A stretch of DNA of 64,000 bases from the human T2T-CHM13v2.0 reference genome, Homo sapiens. Both the position numbers and the translations under genes were made by a program. Positions 26,505 through 36,790 of this stretch are shown piece by piece. The stretch lies in assembly GCF_009914755.1 (NCBI RefSeq), contig NC_060929.1. One strand, 5' to 3'. Each line of letters begins with the position of its first letter. Within the stretch, counting starts at the first letter, position 1. The notes below the pieces were generated by a model. It did no database searches, was not told where the DNA came from, and worked only from the letters and a program-made list of their open reading frames with translations.

Positions 26505-26693
26505 ATTTGCGCATAGTAAACTTCTGCCATTGTTAAAGTCTGAGTTAGAATTATCAATGAATTCTTTTTTTTTTGTCTTTTTAAATTTTCTTGATTTTAA
26601 AAAATGTATTTGTGTTTTGCAGGTTGGAACGCAAACCCAGTCTGGCCACGTCCCGTGAAGTTGTGGACAAAATGTTTCAGTTTCTGTTCACCT

Positions 26694-26738
26694 CTGTGCG
26701 TGTGTGTGTATGTGTTGTGTGCATGTGTGTGTGTGTGT
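26694..26738. repeat. Imperfect (TG)n in the 3'UTR, (CA)n in the mRNA
   Basis: Direct reading. Confidence 0.8.
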
Positions 26739-26859
26739 GGGGGTGGGGGATGGGGTAGGTATGTGCTTTTGGCTCATGTTTGTGATGATAACTGAAGTCT
26801 TTTGTGGGTCCGACCTGTTGTAGGGTGTGGGGGAAAGTGAAGGAAGAGAATGAAGGTGA

Positions 26860-28290
26860 GTCCCCGCCGTTGCAAACCTTCACCAAACCACGCGGCCCAG
26901 TTTTCGTGAGTACCCCTGTGTCCCAGAGAGGAGGACCCAGCGTCCTCGGCTCTGCCGCAGGCCTTCTTGGTCTGGTGGGTACTCGAGGCAGTTGAGAACC
27001 TTGCTGAGCTGAGCGGGCACCTCGCCTTGCCTGCTGGTTCGACACCTGACCCCCTCCCCCTGGGATTATGTACACGCATCATTGGGCTTCATGGATGTGG
27101 AAAGGGGAGCAAAGGATGGTTTGGGGGGTACGTCCGGCTTTAGCGAGGGCGTACGCTTCAGCCCCGACCTTGTCAGTGAGTTGTAGGCGTTGAGGCTGGG
27201 CTGCCTCGAGACAGTCACGGCCTGGCCAGATGGCTGGGAGCTGTGCACCTGGATGGAGTCCACCCTCTGCGGGGCGGGCGGCGGGTTGTCTCCCCTGCCA
27301 AAGCTCTGGTTTCTGGAGAGGTGAGAGGAATTGGAGGAGTTAGTGTTGTTTCTTTTGAGAGTGGTGGCCTGGTGGCTTCTCGTGAGCGAGTTCGTGGGGT
27401 AGCTCCTCTTATAGTCAACCCCGTAGGAAGAGGAGTGGTGCATTTCCAGCCGCTTGCTTAGACCGGTCTGAGACAGGGAGGCTCCCGGGGGACCCAGGGA
27501 GGCCTCCCGCTGTGGAACTTTGGGGGGCAGGCTGTCCAGGTTCTCCACAAGGTTCACCCCATGGTTGGGACTCTTGCTGCTGAGATGTTCCTTGATGGTC
27601 TTATACTCCAGTGTGGCGGCCTGGTCCTCCAGCGCCATCTGGGCCACCTCGCTCATTTTGGGCTGGTCCACGTACTCATGCTGGTAGCCCTGCTGCGTGA
27701 TGGGCAGGACCACCACGCTGGGGATGTGGCTGGGGGAGGCCCGCAGGGGCAGGTCCGTGGGAATCACAGGGGAGCCCATGGGGGGCATGTCCTTTGTGCA
27801 GGCATTGATGAGGTTCTGGTTCCTCTCCCACTCGCGGCTGCCGCGGCTGGGCTTCCGCTTCTGCTGCAGCGTTGGGGTTGACTCTGGGGTGGGGAGGGCC
27901 GTCAGGTCCAGGTGGTGCTGGTCTGCTTTAATGAGCATCTTGGCCGTGTTGCCGGGAGTGGCGAGCTTGCCGTTGTGCATGAGTGGCGTGAGGATGGCCT
28001 CCGGCTTTGGGTCTTTGGATTGAGTGTCCCCAAAGAGGCCGCTGAGCTTGGTGACGCTGCTCATGGAGCCCCGGCGCGAGTGGGTGAGCTCCTTCTCCTT
28101 GCGCTGCACCACAGCCACGTCTTTGCGCCGATGATCACAGACGCAGTAGACGGTGATGCCCGAGAAGACGGCCCCCATGACGAAAGCCAGGATGACTGCA
28201 ATGGCCAAGAGGGTGACGGGAACCAGCTGGTCGTGGCCTTTGAGGTAACTTTCCCGAATCACTCCTGCAATAGACATCGCATATGGCGTT
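26860..28290. promoter_or_regulatory. Intragenic CpG-island-like region over the terminal exon
   Basis: Visibly higher GC and CpG density than the AT-rich flanks. Confidence 0.7.
27066..28264 (-). CDS. SEMA6A: SEMA6A terminal coding exon: transmembrane helix (LLAIAVILAFVMGAVFSGITVYCV) and cytoplasmic tail with Pro-rich motifs (LPPKVP, DVPPKP), ending KPNDACT*
   Basis: Acceptor ctattgcag|GA, 1199 nt (2 + 399 codons), TAA at 27068-27066; ORF 27066..28307. Confidence 0.98.
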
Positions 28291-28504
28291 AAGAAATGAA
28301 AGCACACCCCGAGGCTTGTTTTTGCTTGGCATTCACCTTGTTAATTAATAACAGTAGTAAGTGACAACAGCACCTCTGCACAACTTGTCTTCCAAGCTCA
28401 GCTTGCCAAACATTAACCAATTAATCCTCCCCAAGCCCCTCGTGTGCAGTATGTAAATGGACTCCATTTGTAGCCTTCTTTGTTGTCTAAAAAAGTGCTG
28501 TTCA

Positions 28505-28806
28505 GGCCGGGCACGGTGACTCACGCCTGTAATCCCAGCACTTTGGGAGGCCGAGGCGGGTGGATCACGAGGTCAGGAGTTGAAGACCAGCCTGGCCAAG
28601 ATGGTGAAACCCCCGTCTCTACTAAAAAAAAAAAAAAAAAAATTAGCCAGGCGCGGTGGCGGGGGCTTGTGATCCTAGGTACTCCGGAGGCTGAGGTAGA
28701 GAATTGTTTGAACCTGGGAGGTGGAGGTTGCAGTGAAGGGAGATCAGGCCACTGTACTCCAGCCTGGGTGACAGAGCGAGACTCCGTTTCAAAAAAAGAA
28801 AGAAAG
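28505..28806 (+). mobile_element. Alu (AluSg-like), antisense to SEMA6A
   Basis: Full-length; 14-bp TSD aaaagtgctgttca. Confidence 0.96.
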
Positions 28807-31494
28807 AAAAGTGCTGTTCACTCTTTCCAGTACCTGCACTTTCTACTCTGCTTCACTCCAGGGAATATGGGAGGTTTTGGCTTTCAAAAGTTATCTTTCT
28901 TTCCTTCTTTATGGCTTTTTAACCTTCCCTTCCTAGAACTGGGATAACCAAGTTATCCTGAGTCTGGAGGAAGAGGCAACAATTTTATGCATGTTAGACA
29001 AACAAATCACACACTCTGGGCTTCCAGTTGGGATCTTTTCCGACGACCCCCTTGTGGCCACCGGAGCCTCCGTCTGGGGAAAAGTGTTTGCCTTTTAAGC
29101 AACTAGAGGAAAGAGAGTGTGTGTCATTTTTATTTACACTGAGAGAATATAGCTAAAGTTCACAGACTACAAATGTTTGTGCTGATTTTGCATCACCTCT
29201 CAAAAAAAAAAAAAAAAAAAAAAACAGTGCAAACTCAATTTCAGGTAACTATCCTGAATATTTGAATGAAGCTTTCTCACTGGAACTGAAAGAAGATTCA
29301 GAAATAAGACCATTTGGGGCCCTGTAGTGGGTTTGAGAAGTGTTAGGTACCATTATTGCACCTAGAGTTTGCTGTCACAGTGGGATTTTTCAGCAGAGCT
29401 AATCTCTTCAATTTAATAAAAATTATGTGACTACACCCATCCGTAATCTTACACTACATTAACCAGGATTCAGTGTTTCTGAAGGAAGGTGCTTTCGCTA
29501 TTCCTGCTTAATCAGCCACCCAGCTGAGTGACTCTAATCAAATGCAAACACAGAAGCTTTTATTTTTTAATACCAAGTGAGAATACACATCACAGTTGTC
29601 AGATCTTAAGTGCTTGATGCAGTCGCTAAAAAATAAAATCTCTAATACCTCAATTCCTGCCTCTGGAGAGTGAAAGAACATGAATACATTAGAGGCACTG
29701 CATGGGCTGAGGAAATGTAAACATTGTTCCTATTATGGAAATGATAGCAAGACAGAAAAGGTACCTTCTCTGGTCTCGGGAGACGCATTTTTCATCTACT
29801 AAATCAACTCTTTCTGGAATATGTTTCATGTATTTTACTGGCAGGTATCAGTGGCACAGAATTAGAATGAAAGGAAATAAAGATCTCTACCCCTTCCCAA
29901 GCCCACAACACGCAACCTTAAACTTCTACTGAAATGTTGTCTTTGTCACAGCCGAGACCTTGAAGCTTTCTCATGGGGGTTTTTCTGCTAAAATATTTTG
30001 ATTTCTGAAGTGATGGTTTTAAAACCCAGAAACCTTAGCCTGAAAAGTACATTCTCTTTTTCTTTCCTTCCTAAGGGTCCTCCTCCCTTCAATTGTGACA
30101 TCACAGTTGGTTGCTGTGGAAATGATTGTCCTGTGACAAAGGATTGTGACTTAAGTAGAAGCAGCAAATATCTCTTAAGAAATAAAGATTCTGTGATCCA
30201 ACAAATACCCTTGGTAATAAAAGGCAGTCAAGGCAATTCACCATAAGGAAAGAGTGTACAAGACGGTAAGATATCAAATAATTTTCAAATGTGATACTTT
30301 TCAAATATTTCCAGATTTATCTCCATCAGCTTTTAAGGGGTAGAAACTGAGAAGCAAAAAACAGCCGGAAATTTGGCTGTAACTCACACCTTTTATGTGT
30401 GAAGCTCCCCAAACAGTGGGGTGTCCTGCATTCAAATATATTTTAGTACCTATTCACCAAGGAAATGTGCTAATGAAAATTTTCTTTCTTAAATTTGCAT
30501 TTCCTTATTATGCTAAAATAGCTACTGATTTTTCTTCAATTTTGATTATGTATGGGGTTCTACCGAACACCGTTTTTAACCCCCTACATATAATTGCACA
30601 AAAATGTACACCTGTGGATAAAATGGTTTTAATTTCTCTCATTGACTTGGTGATTTCAGTGGGAGTTGAACACAGGCTAGACGGCCCCAGTAATGGGGTG
30701 GGGGTGTATTAGGTGTTTTTTTCATGGCAATGAGTATTTCATGAAACCCTTCCAGGCTACCAAATTTAGGGGGACTGGATATTCCCAATAAATGTGTATT
30801 ATAATAGGAAGCTATTTACAATTGACTTTGGCATTCTACAATTTAAACTGCCCTCTCAGTTTAAAAGGAACGTGGAAAGAGTAAAGCTAGAGCAATTCAT
30901 TGGTTTCACTGGGAAAACTGCAAATTTTTCACATGTATCCATTGCTTCTTAGCCTTACTTTTAGCTCCCAAATATCATTCTTCTTTCATGTCTGAAGGTC
31001 CTTGGCTATTTTAGACTCATGAAAGCTACTTATTCTTTCACTGGGAAGAACTCTTTTTTAGTGGATGATATTTGAGTTCAGGTTTTTGGTTGTTAACAAG
31101 TTAAGTAGGATCTGACCTTTCAGGAAAATGGTATCTCAGACAGATTTTTTCCCCCGTCTCATTTTGTTATATAAAGAGTGGCCTTAAAAACATTTTTGCA
31201 TGTCTTCATCTATCCATGGGGAGGCAGAGGGCTTTCCTCATCTGCTTGTGTAAATTCAGAAACGTCCAAAGATGGAAACAGATCAGAGAGTAAGTTGAAA
31301 GTGCAGTTGAAGAAGATAAGGTAAACGTTATTTTTGGAAATGCCTTTCAAACTTAAAGCTTTCTGCTTATATCATGAAAAAGGCCAAAGAAGCATTCACA
31401 GAAATGATCAAGTCAACTTTGTGGAATAGCCATTGTGAAGGCTTGGAAACAGCAGACTTGTCAGTAGTGGTGATAAAAGCAGCTAGAGAAGATC

Positions 31495-31690
31495 TCAGTG
31501 GGCTTGGAATTGCAGGCTCCCACTTACTGGCTGGGTGACCTTTTGGCAAGTGACTTAACATCTCTGGGCCTCAGTTTTTTTATCTGTAGCATGAGGTGAA
31601 CACACCTAATCTTACTGCCTTACTGGATTGTTACAAGAATCAAAGGAAATAAAAAATAGGAAAGAGCTTAAATGCTGTAGTTTGCTGGAC
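31495..31690 (+). mobile_element. MIR
   Basis: gtgacctttggcaagtgacttaacatctctgggcctcagttt-like core. Confidence 0.8.
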
Positions 31691-33299
31691 AAATCTAAAG
31701 CTCAAAAGAAGCCACAAAGGAGAAGTGGTGGGTTAGTGGCTCACAGAGGGCTTCCAAGTGATAGTCGCAGCTGCTCCATTGGATTCCATTTGCTATTGGT
31801 CTCCCATGGGAGAGGAGTAGACCTGTGCTTCCAGGTCCAAACTTCGTGCCTTCTAAATGTAGTCAAAAAGGTGATATGAGATTTCGAAGCAATATAAGGG
31901 AATGCATACTGTTTCAGGATGCCTATAGTTACTGAATTTTGAAATAATTAAAACAACAGAAGTGGAAAATGTTGGCAATTATAGTTGGATTCTCAGTGGA
32001 GTGCAAATCCTGGGCAAGTACCACATTTTTTCGGCATTTATAACCCTTGCCATCCACAGAGCTCTTAGTTGGGTAACTCAATAAATGATGGCTGAATAAA
32101 TGGGTTTTCAATACATTGTAGAGCTATTTTTAAATGAACTTCTAAACTTGGGAGGTAATCTTTAGAGTGACTATCACCCTTGCTTTTGAAGTCATGGAAA
32201 TCTATCTCCAATCATATAAAAGAATTTTAATAGTAGCATCTATCAGACAAACAAAAATAAATCTATAATGGTGCTCAGTATTTGCTCAAAACAATAAGAA
32301 GAGAAACTATTTCAAAAATGAAATTAGTTCTGGGAAAAATCCAAAAGAGTCGATGACGATAAATGGGTTATTTACAACAACAGAGTGCCCCAGTGGAACT
32401 GAATAATTAGAAAAAAAAAAAATGCATCTCTGCAAAGGGCAAAGGGCAAAGGGCAACAGGCTAGAGCTGAGTATCCCTTGCTTCAGATGCTGCCTGGAAG
32501 CCCTGGGCAAGTAAAGGGCCCTTGGAGGGTGGTGTACTCCCCTCCGCAGGTATCCTCCCACTGCAGAGAGAACAATCAGAGTTGGCTTCTCTACCCTAGG
32601 GTCTTGAAATTCCTTCCTCTGCCAACCCCTGCATCCTCTTCTGCTCTTACCAATTGAAAATGGGGCATTAGTAATGAAAACAGTATTTGAAAAATCCTTT
32701 GCATTGATTCATTAACCACCAGCTATTTCTCACCAGTCATAAGGTGCTAAATGGTTAGTCTTTCCACCTTCCTATTGCAGGAAGCAAGGCACACCCTGGC
32801 TTAGAGATTTCTCTGAAATCATGTCTTAAATTGGCAGAACTGAGAAAGAACAGAATCTCCACTGTTTTTTTTTTTTTTTCCTGAGGTGAGAGTTTTCAGA
32901 TGCTGGAGGGAGACCTCAGAGAGGAAATTTGAAGTTCTTTAGAGTCCAAAGCAATGAAAAGATTATGAAGGACCCTGCCCCTAGACCCTGCAACATGTGA
33001 TTCAAAATAAGAACAATTGTAAACTGAAAACTAAGAGGAAGCCCAATACAATTCTGACTTTTCCTATGATGACCATGTTAATAAATTTTGAAATATCAAA
33101 CACTACATTCCTTATTTTAAAAAATGTTTTCTAGTAGTCCTGCTCATGGATACTATTCCGTGCAAAGGGAACCTAGCACCAGGCTCTGAGACAATTTGCT
33201 TTAGAAATGATGTTTTCCCCTAACTTAGGGTTGGGTTGTTTCTTTATTATCACTCTCCTAGTATAACAAGGTTTTGGCTCCAAGCATCTTTGTGGCTGC

Positions 33300-33600
33300 C
33301 TTCAGCAAACATTTACCAAGCACTGCACTAGGTGTCGGGGAAGGACAATGATGAATGAGGCATAAACCAGCAGGGAAGAAGGCAAGTGCTTGCATACAAC
33401 TCTGTCCAAAGTGTGGCTATGTCATGAGTTACATCACTTCTGCTTCAACAGTGGGCAAAAGCTTTACATTGGAAATGGCATTTGAGCTAAGCCTTAAAGA
33501 TGCACAGGATCTTAGCTGGAGCAGAGAGAGCAACAAGAACTGAGCCTTGGAGGGAAGGAAAGGGAAGGCCGTAGTGAGTAATAGCAAATGGTCTAACTCC
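33300..33600 (-). mobile_element. L2 fragment
   Basis: ttcagcaaacattt...ggcatttgagctaagccttaaagatg. Confidence 0.55.
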
Positions 33601-33619
33601 CTTCTAGTCTGTTAGGCTG

Positions 33620-33955
33620 GAGGCATGAGCCACCCTTCCATACTCAAGCTTGCTTCATGGCTCTCATACAGGCTGTTCTCTCTGCCTGGAATGTCCCTAC
33701 TCATTTTCCCACTCATCAGACCCTATCTTTAGGGCTCAGCTTAAATGGGGAAGCCTTCTCTGACTCCTTAGGCCAGTTAAGTTCTTCCTTCTAAAGTGTC
33801 CCCAGAGCTCTGCATTCCCTTTATTCTAAAATCATCACTAGTATGATACTTGTTTTTCTCACCTAGACTGCTAAAACTCACCACTGAATCTTCAGGCAGA
33901 AAGGTGCTCAGTAAATATCTTTTAAATAAATAGTAAAGGAATGCATACATGAATG
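33620..33955 (+). mobile_element. L2 3' fragment
   Basis: ctgttctctctgcctggaatg...aggtgctcagtaaatat. Confidence 0.65.
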
Positions 33956-35232
33956 AGCACTTGTAGAGAAAATACAAGAGCAAGAGCTAGAAATACCATT
34001 TGGAAGGCTGTGGACAGCCTTGAATGATTAAAAAAGAGGTTTAGAAGATCTGCCACTCATAGAAGGAAAGTTCTTGGTTAATTTATCTGCAGTTTCTCTT
34101 GCCTGAGAAAGCTAACTTTCGGCTTGCTCTGTTCCACATTGAATCCATTATCGCAAAACTCTTGGCTTCAAAGAGTCAGTATCATTGCATCAAAAGCACA
34201 GCTAGTCTACCTGCATTTATTATTACTGTTTTTAAAATTAAAACTCTCAATCTTAAAGTATACTAATGCCCTGCACCTTACACAAATAGCTGGGAGATGT
34301 TATCTGTCCTATCAAAATGTGAAGCAAACAGACAAGCAAAAATACGTAAAATTAATCACACCTATTAAGCTAAATACAAAGGAAGAGCTCTACTCACCCC
34401 CACCCCAATTACCACCCTAAGCGTGTAAGACACAGGCAACCAGTAACCTAACTCGAAATGGTTAAGTGTGCACTTTCCCCTCTCACCCCCTTTCACTGGA
34501 CGGCCCGTTTCTGAGCTGCTGTGATATGATGGATGTGTCTGTCTCCATAGTGAAGTGATTAATAGGCATCTGTGTAAAGTGGACCCGGTGACCACAAAGA
34601 CAACAAAGCCTCTCTGTGTCCTTTAGAGAAATATGCAAAGGCAAAAAGGAGGATGGACATTTCCTCCATCACTGAGCCAGAGAGGGTTTGTGTTGGGTCT
34701 GAGAGCTAAGAAAGATGGCAAAACACCAAGAAAAGCCCCGGAGTAGCATCCCCTAAAAATAGATTCTTGATTCTGCTTTATAGTAAGACAAGCCTACAAT
34801 TTCCTTGAAATCCTCATAACAACTTGAGTGAATGGAATCTAACAGCCCAATTTTTCTTGTTTGCAAATCTTACTGCAACAAAATTCCAGGCTCACGGTCC
34901 TGCAAGACAGTATAAATGAATGAACTAATCACTAGCCAAGCATCGCCCCGCTAACCACACAGGGCCCGCTGTAATCCCTATTAAGAAGAGAAGAAAACAA
35001 ACAAGGGAAAAACCCTAACTGGAGACAATTTATTCTCAAAGCCACACCCCAGCCAGTCGAGGTGACCACGCTGAAAGTGAAATGGGAACTCTCTGTGGTT
35101 ATCTGGGCAGGAAGCAGCCTTCTTCTTGTCTTACGGCATAATGTGAACCAGATGGCTTAGGAATAAACTGACATGCCAGCAGCCATGGAAATAGGCTTGG
35201 AGTTTATAACTTAAAGTTTCCTTTTCCTTTAA

Positions 35233-35290
35233 GTGTGTGTGTGTGTGTGTGTGTGCATGTGTGTGTGCGCGTGTGTGTGTATGTATGTGT
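35233..35290. repeat. (TG)n
   Basis: Direct reading. Confidence 0.9.
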
Positions 35291-36214
35291 TTTTCCTGGC
35301 AGGCTACAGATTAGGTACCAGGAGGGGCCATGGTCTTCAAGATATATAAAGTTAATGACTGACCATGCCAAAGTGGAGGTAGCTTCCTGGCCTGGCTGTT
35401 TAATGTCCTGAATTCAGAAGCTATTTTAAAACTCACATATTGAAATAATGCTTGGAGTGGTTGACTGTAGATGAACCCACTTCCACTTCGATCACCTTTA
35501 AAAGTGATGCATTTTTGGTTGGGATGTCATCACAGGGATAGAAGGGAGAATGAGCCTGGAATTCATTCTGTTTCATTTTTTTAGAGAAGAAACAGCTTCA
35601 TTTTTCCCTGTGTGCTGGGAACGCTCAGTTCACTGTTCCTCCACTGCTCTACTGCTTTAGAAATGGCATTGCCAATGGGAGTGCTACAGCCAGAGCACGG
35701 GCTGATGTCTAGACTAAGAGTCATGATAAGATAATTTTTAAAAGCCATGCCCTGGAATGCTGGTTTGTGGTTTCATGTGTTAGAACTGTTACTGTCCCCG
35801 TAAAGGTAATGATTCTTTTACATTGGCAAAGTTTTAGCAGAGTCTGCAAGGCGTATTTTCCTGCTTTTTGAAGTTTTCTTTCATCAGCTTTCTTAAATAA
35901 GACGAGAAACACAACATCTAAGTGATTTCTAAAACCAGACAAAGCATTTCTATTTTCCAACTTCCTGGTCCCATCTTTTTCCTTTACTCTCTCAAAAGGC
36001 ATCAAAGCCACAAAATGGAGAAGTGGACCTCCTTAAAAAATTGTGAAATTTGGGCAAGTCTTTGCTTGGATTATTTGATTACTTGCTTTGAATTTTCTCT
36101 ATAAAGCAAAGATAAAACAGATATGAAGAAACAGGTCTGTTTCAATACTGCTAAATCTTCCAACTTGAATTTTCTAGAAATGTAGTTCTTGAGATCTGGG
36201 TTAAAGATGAGACT

Positions 36215-36440
36215 GGGTGTTACTGGTTAAGAACATACACTTTGAGCTCATAAAGACCTGGGTTTGCGTGTTGGCTCTACAAATAGCTAACTGTGTGACT
36301 TTGGGTATGTCACTCGGTCTCCAGGCCCCAGTAGTGTTGGCTATAAGATGAGCATTGTTGGAAGGACTAAATAGGTTGAATAAATGAACACAAAGCAGTT
36401 GGCATTGTGCAGAAAACGTGTTAATGCTCAATTAATAATG
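36215..36440 (+). mobile_element. MIR
   Basis: agacctgggtttg...ctgtgtgactttggg. Confidence 0.7.
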
Positions 36441-36629
36441 TAAGGACAGTATTTCTAGAATGTTTGACAAGTTGCCTGTCTTGTACAGGGTCCAAGATTA
36501 GACTATTTTAAGGCAACACTTTGGTAGGGTTCAACTGTGTTAGCCAAAAGTGTAAAAATAAGGATTTACAACTACAACAAAACCTTGACTAGTGAACTTA
36601 AATAAGACAGCCCATCAGCAACGTGGAAA

Positions 36630-36790
36630 ATGTCTGAATCAGTGCCACTCAGCATTAACATCACCTGGAACTAATTAGAGACAGAAATCCTCAAGTCCTG
36701 CCCAAAGTTTCAGCCTCAGAATCTCTGGGTTAGGCCCAGAAACCAGAACTCCAGATGATTCTTAAGTTCTCTAAAGCTTGAGACATGCTG
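36630..36790. mobile_element. MER5A-like DNA transposon
   Basis: catcacctggaact...cagaatctctggg...ctccagatgattct...ttgagacatgctg. Confidence 0.7.

Larger units (their letters stand above)
24015..27065 (-). other. SEMA6A: SEMA6A 3'UTR (~3 kb; cleavage site approximate)
   Basis: Follows the stop codon, free of recognisable interspersed repeats, several miRNA seed matches, ends at AATAAA with U/GU-rich downstream sequence. Confidence 0.8.

Noticed and set aside
27243-28292. Several 70-126 aa + strand ORFs
   Set aside because: Antisense shadows of the GC-rich SEMA6A terminal exon; no independent coding evidence
28265-28307. N-terminal MCFHFLTPYAMSIA of the 413-aa ORF
   Set aside because: Intronic read-through upstream of the true acceptor at 28266-28265
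28480-28947. 155-aa ORF, and similar ORFs at 4833-5341, 15224-15517, 22167-22349 and 46495-46773
   Set aside because: Translations of Alu sequence
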